Part shown: one piece after another, positions 1 to 15,039 of the stretch
Layout of the letters: every line of letters begins with the position of its first letter
Numbering within the stretch: the stretch's first letter is position 1
Assembly (NCBI GenBank): GCA_973851085.1
Contig: OZ316775.1
Location: 8,804,001 to 8,868,000, forward strand
Length of the DNA: 64,000 nt
Reading direction: 5' to 3'
Origin: Ptychomitrium polyphyllum
Taxonomy: Eukaryota
Made by a program: the position numbers and the translations under genes
The notes under the pieces: model-generated
Databases searched by the model: none
What the model was told of the DNA's origin: nothing
The model's input: the letters and a program-made list of their open reading frames with translations, nothing else

Positions 1-1665
1 AGGATCAACTGATTGTAACGTATTTTTGTACAGCACAAACCTATGCTCATCGATTATCTCAGATTTTGCGCATATGTAAATGAATATTCAGTGCTGTTGG
101 GGTTATTTTACTGCATCGAAGTTGCTTATAAAACAAAATAAAATAAACCAACACTGTATTTTGAATGATGCTTGCTACTGTGTCCGCTATAATAATGAAG
201 ATACGCTACTGAAATTTCCTAACTTAACAACTTAGGTGGATTATGTATGTTATAATTTATGCATTATCAGTTCACGTTTATTTGAACTAGCATAATACAT
301 GTTCATGTGGTTCTGGTCTTGAATCTTGATGTCATACATGCCGGCAACCTTGTCACACTTGGTACACGATCATTTTCATTATGCAGATAGAAAGAAATTT
401 GTACTGATCGTTCTGCACTGGTCCATCATTTGTACAAGGCAGTTTTCATAGCATTCTTGAACTGTGTCTAGGGACGACCTTTTCGATACAAAGAGTGATG
501 GTCCATCTTTCATTCTTTCAATGAAAAGTCAGCTGAGAAGTTCTGTGCCCAAATCTGCATCCATACATACATCAGGAATCACATCCTGCAATCACATACC
601 ACGATTGTATTTAAGATATGATATCAATGTCAGGTAACTGTAGGTTTTTGCATAAACATAAATATGCTTGTTAAATTCATAAAAACACGTAATCCGAAAA
701 TAGATGGTATTACACGAGTTGTGTACTGACCCACGCAAAGTAATTTGGAACACGTGCCTGCTTGAGGACCCTGTTTACTGTTTCCGTAAGGTGTAGAATC
801 ACATATAGCTTCGGTGGATACAGAATAATACCTATATACACTTACATGATACCTGGGTCTAAACATGCTATCACAGGGTAGCGCAGCACCATCGTCGCAC
901 AACATTGCAATATCAGCTAGGCATGGAAAGAAGGAGTTTTGCTGCGGAACGACAGTTTCCGGATATGAAAGTCTTTTGAAGATTATATGAAGATATTTGG
1001 AACGTGTGTATGTTAGGGTTAGGGCTCCTTTTCGTAGAGTTGAAGAATGTTATGAAACTGCGGTGGGACGGTGAAGTTTAGTTGTGTTTAGTTACTTCAG
1101 TGGACATGGTGTGGGAGGAGTGTGAGCTGTTGCAGAGCTAGCTTTGCAAGTGACGGGACAGGGAGCTCTGATATGAAAGTAAGTGCGAGCTGTCTTCGAG
1201 AGGAGGACCTCTTCTTGCTTCTTGCTATGCTTTGTGGCAATCGATGGGCTTTGTATGGTTAGGGTTTCTAGTGGTGTCTCTTCTCATCTTGGCGAGCCCA
1301 TCTTTTGGCAGGATTAGGCTCTGTTGCTCCATTTTTGGGTCCCAGTACTTGTTCGACAGGAATTCGTTGCTTGCGCATGTGTGTGATATCTGTGGGTGGG
1401 TGCACTTAGTGGAATTCGGGAGCGTTCTCCTCCGACACACAGAAACCCTAGTTAGGGCAGGCATTGATCAACAGAGGTGAATCGTTTCCTGTTTGGTCTC
1501 CAGGCGACTGTGAAGTAGGATACAGGAAGGCTTTAAGGTTTCGACAAAGATTATACAGCGAGTCGGGCAATGTATAGAAGTGTCGAGAATCACGACGTAG
1601 AGCACCAGTTAAAGTGATTTCTCTCTTCTCTGCACCCTTTTGCCTTCTGCCTTCTGCTGCAGCCA

Positions 1666-4347
1666 ATGAGCTCAATGGCGATCGACCTTCGCTGTTTTCA
1701 AGCTTGTGGCTTGAAGGGACTGCAACCAAATGCCCCAAGCTCCTCACCATGTTTCATCTCCTTGGGGCCGCAAATTTCTAATTCAGGTATTCAGTTATCT
1801 TATCTTACTTCGTTGCGAATCCATATCAGTACCATCTTGTCTTATTTCCAGGGTTAATGTGAGGGCATTGGTTGTGAAATGGTAATCCTCTGATTGTTGT
1901 TCTTTGCAATGTGCTGTCTTGCAGGTTACTTTTCATACCCGTTGTGGCGGAAGAACGTTGCAGTCTCATGTAGAAAGTCCACAAGTTGCAGACGTTTGCA
2001 AGATATATTGCGTTGCCCTGCAGTACCTACAGGCAAGTTAGTATTTTACACGGAAAGATATTCGTAGCTGTACTCTACCAAAGATGCTGCTTTACATTCT
2101 CTTGGCTCGTGACCCGGAAGTGCTAAGAATTTGTTCTGAATTAAAGCAAGTTGCACTGGTAGCAGAACGATCTTATCTCCTGTTGCATTTGGTAACGTCA
2201 TATTCTCTGTGTAGGGTAGACGTAGCGACAGTTGAAGCTTCCAGTGACCAAACAACCGATGACACCATTCCAGTGCTCAACCACTCTGAGGTGACATCCC
2301 AACAATTCTTTCCTTTTCTCTTTCTTCAATTGTTTGGATGACAGAGGAATTGATTTTGATGGAAATTTTTAGAGCTTTTGCATTTGAGACCGACTCCGGT
2401 TACCATAATTGTCGGAATTGTTCAATTTCACGAACGCAGATGGTCTCTATACCCTACATACAGAAGTATGGTCTTCTTTTAGAAGATTCATTTGGAGGGT
2501 CACAAGTGCTACAGTTCTCCTTAGAGCAGCGTAAAGATAAGCATGGGAGTGTTGAAGGAAAAGGTTGGCATTCTTATTGAAAAGCTTATTATAGAATGGT
2601 TCATCCTAATCTCTAATGAAGGTTCAATTTCGTTCTGTCGTTACCAGGTGACAGAACGTATGCAGAGCTTGGCAGAAACTCGCCCAGAGATATTCAGGGC
2701 CATGTATTCGAGTGTGATTGGTGGCATTACCACAGATCCAGCAGCCATGGTCATTCCTATTGATGACCACATGGTACATCGAGGGCACGGAGTGTTCGAT
2801 ACAGCTATCATTTACAACGGGTAGTACAAGCACATACTCCAGAACCAATGACATTCTACTTATTAGCATTGTGGTTACACCTTCAGAGATTGTATGAAAT
2901 ACCTGCATTCATTGTTTTTATTTCTGCTAATGTTCGCGTAAGAGGGAGAGAAGGTGATCATTTTGTATTAAACTTAACATAGTACTTCGTGGATGAGCTA
3001 GGCTTTTAGATTTCACCCGTTTTGATGTTCTGGGTATTAGTGCTACGTAGTCTGTTACAAACCGGAGGACCAAGATAGAACAGTTCTGATTAGAGTGGTG
3101 ATGCACAGCTTCCTTTATGAGCTCGATGCACATTTGGATCGTTTGTTAAGATCGGCAGCAAAGTCAAAGATCAAGCCACCTTTCGACAGAGCGACCTTGA
3201 GACGCATACTTCTACAAACCGTTGCTGCATCAGGATGCAAGCGAGGTTCTCTACGATATTGGCTGTCTGCAGGTCTGGGAGGTTTCGGACTCTCTTCGAA
3301 AGAGTGCTACAAGCCAACCTTCTATGCCATGGTGTCCAATGTTACCTTCAAGGGTCCAGAAGGGGTGAAGGTAGGAGTGTGTCCTGTCTCTTTTGTTGAA
3401 GCTAGTGCAATTTCAGCTGACAAGGCAATCAGTTGAAAAATCAGAAGTTTTTAAATTTTGTTCTCAAATCGTGCATGTCTGAGTGTATTGTTTCTAGTGT
3501 TTGGAGTCAACTGTTTTTAGTAAAATGCATAGATCACATTAAGCAGTCACGTTGCATTGGATGGTATACTCTGGGCTGAGAATGTATTATTCGCTCAAGT
3601 CTCTTCCTAATATGACTCAACATGTCAGACTAATATAGAAGTCATTGTGGGACCTTCAGGTGATCACCACCACAATCCCAATGAAGCCTCCCTTTTTTGC
3701 GACTGTCAAGAGCGTCAACTATTTGCCAAATGTATTGGCCCAGTTGGAGGCGGAGGAGCAGGGAGCCTTTACATCGGTCTGGCTTGACAACGAAGGCTAC
3801 ATTGCCGAAGGGCCTAACATGAATATAGCAGTTCTGAGTAGCGATGGGGTATTGCTAGTTCCTCCCTTCGATAATGTCCTGGCCGGATGTACTGCTCGCC
3901 GCATGCTTGAATTGGTGCCAACCCTCATGGAGAAGAACTTGGTTGAAGGTTTGTCTGGGGTCAAGGTGCAGAAGATATCTGAACAAGAAGCTAGGTTGGC
4001 ATCAGAGATGATGTTGATTGGCAGCGGTGTACTTGTGAAGCCCATTATTGAGTGGGATGGCGTACCTGTTGGAACTGGTACATTCTCATACCCGTCTTAC
4101 AAGGACTGGGTGAAAATTTTAGATTGTGGTGTGAAATTTAGAGCATGGCAATATCATAAAATTGGGCGTGACTTTCAAGCTTTAAATCTTTGACGGTGTT
4201 ATGGTGAATGTCTTATATATTCCGAATCGGGGTCTTGCAGGAAATGTAGGTCCACTAGCATCAGCTATTCGGGAGGTAGTGCAATGTGATCTCGAAGACA
4301 CCGCAGCCGAGAAGCTTGTTCCAGTGCCGTATCCAGATGGGCTGTGA
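1666..4347 (+). CDS. DAAT: Class IV PLP-dependent aminotransferase (D-amino-acid transaminase / 4-amino-4-deoxychorismate lyase-like), probable plastid transit peptide; 7 exons
   Basis: Exons ~1666-1786, 1925-2036, 2215-2290, 2648-2820, 3109-3370, 3660-4077, 4241-4347 join in frame with GT-AG sites (exon 2/3 junction ambiguous). Motifs AMYSSVIGGITTDPAAMVIPIDDHMVHRGHGVFDT, LYELDAHLDR, KSVNYLPNVL and IAEGPNMN are typical of the plant DAAT/ADCL family. Confidence 0.9.
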
Positions 4348-4849
4348 TCTGTTCACCACAAACAACACCCAGTTCGTTTTACAAGCGCATTTTATCCTTT
4401 TTGTACTCTAGTTTGCACGTTTGGATTGTATGCTCCCATGATAGTGTAGCAGTTCATCTGTCTAGCACTATTTTGGCAGGTCATCTCTATTCATATTCAT
4501 ACGATTTACCATTACCGACGCATTTGTAATATCAGAACAAAAAACATCATTGCAAAGTGTATTCAGAAACAATGTTGATGGACACAAAAACTGCTTTGGT
4601 GGCATGCACAGGATCGTGATAGTGTTCCTATTACATAATAGGTTTTCTAAATCTTGTACATCATGATATGATATATACACCGCATATGCAACTTTTAAAC
4701 TTGACATGATCCTACTTTTTGCAAAATATCCGTGGTCAACTGGGCCACCATCAATTATGTTGCACTGAACAATGCCAAAGCAAAGTGTGCACTGTCAGAT
4801 GTGAAATTCCTATGCTACAAAATCCTTATCCGATGTTGCGTTTCTACGT

Positions 4850-6385
4850 TTAAGCATCAGTCTGCTAAGATTCATACACAACTTACTCTTCGATGTAAAC
4901 AATCTACCTCCGAGCACCTCCGCCTTGTAGCCTTCCTTGGTGTCACTTGCCACGCCGTCACGGAGCATGAGACACTCATCCCTCTCTTCCTTGTGTACAG
5001 CGTTCCCATGGGCCACCGATGCCTTCCACTCCTCCACCAGCTTCCGGCGCTTCTCAGAGTCCCACTCGATACCTCCAGAGATTTCTCACGTTCAACAGCC
5101 TTGTACTTTCTGCTGTGAAGTTTCAAATCCTTGATGACCTCAGCTTCGTTCTCAGGAATCAGTTATGTGGGTGGCCTTGAGTGCCACAGAAATTGGAAGA
5201 ACCTGTCTCCTTGTCGTCGATACCAGAGCCTTCCTTGGAACGACTATATATTTAATCCAGTTTCCATCTGTTGAATAGATGTTACTGCTGTTGCATAGAA
5301 CCTGCCACAAGGATCCCAATGCACGTCGATAGCCATGAATTGCTTAGTCGTCTCCAAGTCATCGACGTTGTTGAACTCAAGCTGCGTACAAACCAGCCAC
5401 AATGATGTAACGTCCATGTGGGACCAGTAAAGGACGTTAGTTCGTCTGCCCTTGAGGGCGGTAAGCTTCGTCACTCTTGTTCGCCTCACTGAATAGAAAG
5501 AAATAGGTCAAAAACCTTCACCTTGGTGCATGATAGCAAAACGGTGGCCTTGAGACCCATGCGAATGCACGAACCGTGTCATAGTTATTTTCATGCCCAA
5601 GAACCACGATAGGAATATCACGTTCCTTGACACGGAAAAGTTCAAGTCCAGTTTAAGTATACCTTTTGGTTTCTGTATGCCGGGCAGCCAGGTACTCGTT
5701 ATTGCTTTGCCAATACAGCTTGCAGGTACTGACATAGAAAAAGTTCTTCGTCCTCAACTCTACTCGACTGGAGACTGATACTAGACTCACTCTTGCAGGC
5801 TGATTAGTACTGCACCTTTCAGACACAACGAGCAACAGAGCGGCTCAGCTGGAGACCAGAAATATTCAAACACATCATCCACCTTCAATGACTTAATATC
5901 CAATAGACTCCCATGGAGTCAAGTCTTATTCACACTAATCGTGCCTTTGCCCATTCGTGCAAAGTATCTATCTTCACACCTACCAGTCCATCTGAATACA
6001 GGCCAGGACATAACATCACTGCTTCCAGTCAACCAGTTGCAAAGTCACCTGCACTACCCTTGAATTCACGGAGAATTTTGCCACTACGGACATCAAAAGA
6101 CTACAGAGTACTACGACTATTGTGGTTGCTGTATGTCACCATGGCTATACTTCTGGAAAGAAATCAATCAACTTTACTAAGGGTGATTGTAATGAATCAA
6201 ACGATTGAAGGACATCTCTCCTCCCAATGCTGCGACACCCTGCCTGTGAAGAATAACCAGATATGTTTCCAGTGGCAAGCATTGCTCAAAGCTCTCCATC
6301 CGTTACTGCGGTGGTCCTTGGGACCACCAATTGTGTGCACAAGAAGCGAGCCAGAACTTCAAGCACCTCGCACCTTGCTGTAGGA
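4850..6385 (-). pseudogene. eIF3b: Degenerate, intronless fragment of eukaryotic translation initiation factor 3 subunit B (beta-propeller to C-terminus)
   Basis: Pieces in different frames: ILHRQGVAA, VDDVFEYFWSP, NQPARVSLVSVSSRVELRTKNFFYVSTCKLYWQSNNEYLA, QLEFNNVDDLETTKQFMAIDVHWDPCGRFYATAVTSIQQMETG, KLHSRKYKAVEREKS, EEWKASV..HKEERDECLMLRDGVASD. They are colinear with plant eIF3b but broken by many frameshifts and stops; the N-terminal RRM is not seen. Confidence 0.88.
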
Positions 6386-6699
6386 TTCAGAAATGCAGTA
6401 ACAGCAACTAAAGGTTCATGATAAGCATGCAAGTGCAAGAATACTAAGGGTTGGTGAAAATGCCACCCTTTTGTGTGTTTATACCATAATCCAGAGCATG
6501 ACTTTCAAGCTCTAAGACGAGCTCTACGTGATCTACAAGACCATCGACAACCGCAGAGCCGAGTTTCATTAATGATGAGGATTTAAGAATGTTGGACCAT
6601 GTTGACTTGCTTAATGACTTGCTTAATCCCAGATGGCCCTCACTGCCCTTTACTTGTAAACTTGATGCGGCTCATGCAATGGTGGTTTATGCATCAATT

Positions 6700-7400
6700 T
6701 ATTCCTTTATGCTACATATTTGGGAATGTTCCTCTATTGGAGGAAAAATAGGAAAAGTGGTGGAGTATGCACACTATATTCATCATATCCCAAATTTCCA
6801 ACTTTTATGGATGCTACAATGTTGGATTCTTACAAATATGAAGGCCAATGGTTTTGGACAAACTTAGCATCATTTTATGAACTTATAGTAATACTTTTAC
6901 AAGTAGTATAATCCTATTTGATGCAAGGTGGATGATCTTTTGAATGGTTAACATAGAAAATTTGGTCGTTTAAAAATAATGAGTCCTTTCTTGTTTTAGT
7001 CTACAAAATAGAGATAGTTTGTTGTATATTGTCAATGTTTGTGACACATCTAAGGGCTCTTGTATTTTGAATATGAGGGTTGGGCACGGTTTGGAATTGT
7101 AACTTTTAAATCCTTAAAGAGCCTAATGCACATGATCAAAAGCAAGCCATAAATTTTTTGATATATATGACAACTACTAAAGACTTCATAAAAGATCAGG
7201 GCTATAAATCTTAATACTCTAGTGTGGATTATTAATAAATGCTTTGTTGTTTAATAACACCATAATGGCCATTTGCTTGCTTTGGAATCAAAGAATAATA
7301 GTCATTGGATAGTGGAGCCAAAATCCATTAAGGTTTTGGAATCCAAGTTGTTTTTTCACTTAGAGCAACATATCAGAAAAGAGCTTTTAATTCAATGTGT
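6700..7400 (+). mobile_element. Possible highly decayed Ty1/copia gag-protease relic
   Basis: AT-rich stop-ridden DNA with a broken zinc-knuckle-like stretch near 7020-7065 (C..YCQCL*HI*GSC) and LDSGAKIH at ~7305-7328, resembling the copia protease motif LDSGA.xH. Confidence 0.35.
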
Positions 7401-8869
7401 TTTTGTTGCTTTAGGTTAGGACTTTGAAAAAACAAATGTTTAAGAGATATTCAAATAGGTATTTTAGCAAGACACTTTATATTATGCGGATACTTCATAG
7501 TCTATGGACATTTGGTTATACTTTTGTATAAGTAAAAAGGGCTAGTTTAGTGATTAAGTATCATATATGTTTATGTCATCAAATAATAATGTTTTAAATT
7601 AGGTGTGGAAACTTTTGGAGCAATTTTAAATTTGATACATTAATGTTGGAAGGAAAAAATCAAAAAGAAAATGTGGTACCAATACATTGAATATCCAAAT
7701 AAAAACACCTACGAAAAAAACTCATACCTATAGTTGGTGACTTGTTATATGTAACAATGATATCTATGTGCCATTTAAGTAATGTGACCCATTGTATTGC
7801 TATTAAACACAATGCCAATATCTTACTTTTCATTGCTTGGTTTGAATTTGCAACTATGGTGCAATTGGCAATTATTTGCTCAATACTTTTGTTCCAAATC
7901 CTTATTTGCAAATGAACACAATTTTTTCCAAAACTAACTTTTTAATATCTATACAATTTAAAAAATTGAATTGGTGAATTAAAATACATTGCCATTTCAA
8001 TACACTAAAGAATCAAGGATTATTGTTGAATAAACATCTCTATTAATGTATTAAAAGATAACAATTATGGTACATAATATCATAGAATACTAGCTTAAAT
8101 AATAAAATTGGTTGATTGATTGGTTGATATGCTTGTTTGCTTTTATTAATTCTTAGCTTCAAATTTAAATTGCCCATAGTTTGACCTAGATTGGTCAAGG
8201 TAAAGACCAAAATCAAACTTTTTGTTTCAAAATTATAAAATCCTACGTTTTAATGAAAGTATTTTGAGAAGACCTAGTTTGTTATTTTCCTTTCTCCCTA
8301 ACTTAAAGAATAACAAGGCAAGCCAGAAAGATATCCAAGACTGCATATTCTAATGATGTGTGAGAAATATTTGTTACATCTCAAAACCCACTTAAGGACA
8401 ACAATCCAAGTCATATTTGATATGAGCATAAAGCAATAATTAGTATCATTAAATTTCATTGTCTACTTTATCTTAGTTACCTTACTCACACCAATTACAC
8501 CAATTACAGTAGTGTACCTTCCTCACTACTTAGAACTCCTGAAATCTAAACCTAAAAACCAAAGCTCCAGCGCAGTGACTATGATTTCAACAGGGGTCAT
8601 AGCTGGATACACACAGTAACCACAAAGGATTTCCAAGGAGTTATTTGATTCCTGACAACTATTCATCCAAAACCTCCCAACCTACTGTACCAATGAAACA
8701 CAACCTTTCCCTGGAGTAGGAACTTTTTCACAATAAGTTTGGAAGATACCTCCAAGACCAGTGTCGATACTGGTATCCTACTGTTGAGATGAAGGGCTGA
8801 CAGAAAGGACGTCGCCTTGAATGTGTCGCTGTTTCCTCCTTTTCACTGCGCCATGCTAGCCTCTCTCCG

Positions 8870-9075
8870 AGACAAGCGAGACAATCAGAAACACAGCGAG
8901 AAAGAGAAACACAGAAAGAAACACAGGAAGAAAGAGAAACAGAGAGAGAAACAGTGAGAGAAGGAGAGAGAAACTCATAGAGAAAGAGAAACAAAGAAAG
9001 AAACACAGAGAGAAAGAGAGAGAGAGAAACAGAGAAACTGAGAGAGAAACAGAGAAACTGAGAGAGGAACAGAGA
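8870..9075. repeat. GA-rich simple repeat (GAGAAACA/GAGA-type) upstream of the ARF gene
   Basis: Direct reading: gagaaacacagaaagaaacacaggaagaaagagaaacagagagagaaac... Confidence 0.85.
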
Positions 9076-9306
9076 CAGCGAGCTTCGTGCCCCATTCCCC
9101 AACACTCCTCTAGCGCCATGGCTCCCCATCTTTGCAGCACGCTCCTCTTGCACCCCCATCTGCAGGCCTTCTCTCACTCCCCTCTCTGATTTGTTTCTCA
9201 TCTCTTCTCATCTTCCTTTGCTTCTTCGCAACCAACCCACATACAACTCACAACACCCACACGCCCCGGTCGGAGGACTAACGGGATCACCAGGGAGGTC
9301 ACAGCG

Positions 9307-12439
<3,133 letters not shown>

Positions 12440-14146
12440 AACCTCATGTAGATTGCAAATTGCTCATACTCCTGTTTCATAACTCTGTATGCCAACTCAT
12501 CCTTGGGGACGATGGGCAGAAAGCTTTACGCTTGATCTCTTCGTGCTTTTGTAATTAGTGGGTTGTGCAAAATCTCCTGATCTACATTTATGTGTAGGGA
12601 GGACCTCAGAAGGAAGTTAAATATTTGATACTATGAGATTCAAACTACGGTATCTGCATTAGTGACAGGATCTATGGAGGTTTGTGGCTATTCTCTAGGA
12701 GTTTACACTAAATAGTTTCTCTGCTTAGTTCTCTTTGTTGCACATTCATTGCGGCTCTTGATATTGGTCCCAACATTGTCATCAGAGGGTTAACTCTTTC
12801 TTTGCCTCAACTGCCTGTTTGGCTATAGTATTGTATTTCGATGTAACCTGAAAAATTGCAAAGAATATTTGTCTCGAAGTGTTCTTTCTCCCCTAAATTT
12901 ACTTCGGGATTGCAGATTTTAATTTTGCATTAAAAGCAACTTGTGTACCCACACCTGACAACGGGTTTCTTGTGATATATTCATTCTCAACTTTATAATG
13001 GAACCTGCTCTTCTTGTGGGAAGACACTGACGATGACAGCGAATATTTCCACTTGATCGTGATTGTTGTATAACGCAAGGAGCCTGACATCAATCGCTGG
13101 TTTCCAGGCTTTCCCTCATCAAGTTGCCTAAGATACCGCTCCCATTCGGCTGACTAGACTGGGGATCTTATTTAATCCCTCACCAACACGTCTTAACCCG
13201 ATTTATGCCCCAATGTTGTGCACTCCACTTGGAAGAACAAGATCAATACGAGTATCATGCTTTCTTGTTCAGCATAGTATTCGATTTCTCCAATTAAACT
13301 ACTCTTACTCGGGCAGTGATATTGCTCTCGTTTCTGATGTCACACGCCCGCTGATATCACCCGGTTTCGTACCACGAGGCCATGTGTCATTGTGAATTAT
13401 AATCATATAAAAACGCACACAATTTGGCAGATTCGGTACTCTTCACTGGGGAACTGAGGAACATGCATTCTAAATATATCTCATCTCTGAAAAGCGATCC
13501 ATTCAATAAAACTCGAGCTATGTGTGCACTGTGCACCTGACGCAATAAGGTACACTTGGTTGTTCGAAGCTTAAGGATCGCTACCATACCTGACTCTTCG
13601 ACCACATTACTGAAAGCTGAAGTGAAAATCATCAAACATTGAAAAATGTGTTGGAAAAAAATGTGGAAGATGCGACGTCTCTACCGACCTACACTTCCTT
13701 CTGAACCGGAACCTACCAGTAAGTCAATCACCCATTTTACAGCCTCCGCCCCGCGGTTTCTCAGCAGCACCAGTTGACAAGATTCTATCGAAATTCGGAT
13801 CCACATGCGTCACAGTTCTCGTCATCTCCACGAGCGAAGCCACGGACAGCATCCCAGGCTCACAGCTTACTGTTGTAAAATCCTGTCGAGTGGCTTGTCG
13901 GGACTGTGCGTTCAACTTTTGTAGGCTGAACTCTCACTCTCCATTTTGTTTTGCAAAGATTGCTTCCTTCTCTTGGATCGGTAGCGTGAGAGAGGGCAGG
14001 AAGCCATTTTGAGCATTTGGAGCGAGATCTAAGTATTGGCAAAGTGCTCGAATGGTGGAGTTCTCAAGTAGAGCAGTGTATTAGGTGTGGCGTAGAAGTT
14101 TAGCTTCAGGTTAATTTTCTTAGTGCCACTGCAAAAGTTGGAAACC

Positions 14147-15039
14147 ATGGATGTCTCTGTTAGTGCTTTCAAATCAGAAGAGCGTAGCAAAGAGAAACAG
14201 GAAAGTTCTACACCGACGTCTCGGATACTGAAGAGCCTGGAGGAGCCACAGAGAAACATTGAACCTGCCGACGGCGCATCACATAGCAAGAAAGATATTC
14301 TAGTGTGGTGGGATATAGAAACTTGCCCGATCCCTTCAGCAATGCCCTCGTCTGTCTGTGCAGCTTGCTTATTACAAGCGCTTCAGAGGCACCTGACCTG
14401 CGATAGTACTGCTGTCACAATCAACGTGTATGGAAGCGGCGGACAAGGCTCAAAGGCGGGCCTCGATTCGCTCATCACGAGCGGCATCACCTTACAGCAC
14501 CGCATCTTACCGTGCAAGCAACCTGGTAAATATCTCGACCAGGAAATATTTTCATGTTGAAATCATCTAGGCCACTTGAGATTCACTTGCGCAACTTGAA
14601 ACATCCTTCCAATGTATTCTCCAAATTTTTTGCGGATACCTGATGAAACGCACCATGAGATTACTCTCGTCCAGGATCGGAGTCAGCGGCCTTGAAGACG
14701 ATGATGGTAGACATCGCGCTCTGGGCGCTCACCACTCCCGCCCCGGCGAACGTTTTCCTCATCTCTGCCGCCCGCGACACGAGCTTCCGAGACCTAATCA
14801 GCGGACTGCACATGCGAGACTACAACATCCACCTTGCTACGCAGTTTAACCTCGGATACGAAAACTTGCAAAAAGACGCCGACCTATCGCAGATTCGACA
14901 TTTCTTCAACCCCATGCCCCGCCACTGGAGCGTCTCAAAGCAACTGTTCGTTTCCCGAACTGCCCTATCTCGTCTCCAATCTCTCCAAGATGCTAATCGG
15001 CCTCCGAATGTACAACTTCACGAGAAGCTCAATCTTTAG
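14147..15039 (+). CDS. NYN-domain (PIN-like, Limkain-b1/MARF1-type) protein; 2 exons; catalytic motifs degenerate
   Basis: Exons 14147-14525 and 14675-15039 splice in frame. VWWDIETCPIP, INVYG, MMVDIALWA..PAPANVFLIS and RDYNIHLA follow the plant NYN pattern. Confidence 0.82.

Noticed and set aside
290..960. Possible spliced minus-strand gene including ORF 630-905
   Set aside because: Splice-like sites exist, but I could not build an in-frame product or recognise a protein.
2033..2219. Possible GC-AG intron in the aminotransferase gene (CAG|GCAAGT, acceptor at 2219)
   Set aside because: A canonical alternative (GTTAGT donor at 2037, acceptor at 2214) also keeps the frame, so a GC donor is not required.
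8728..9201. Ser/Leu/Phe-rich minus-strand ORFs
   Set aside because: Artefacts of the GA/CT simple repeat.
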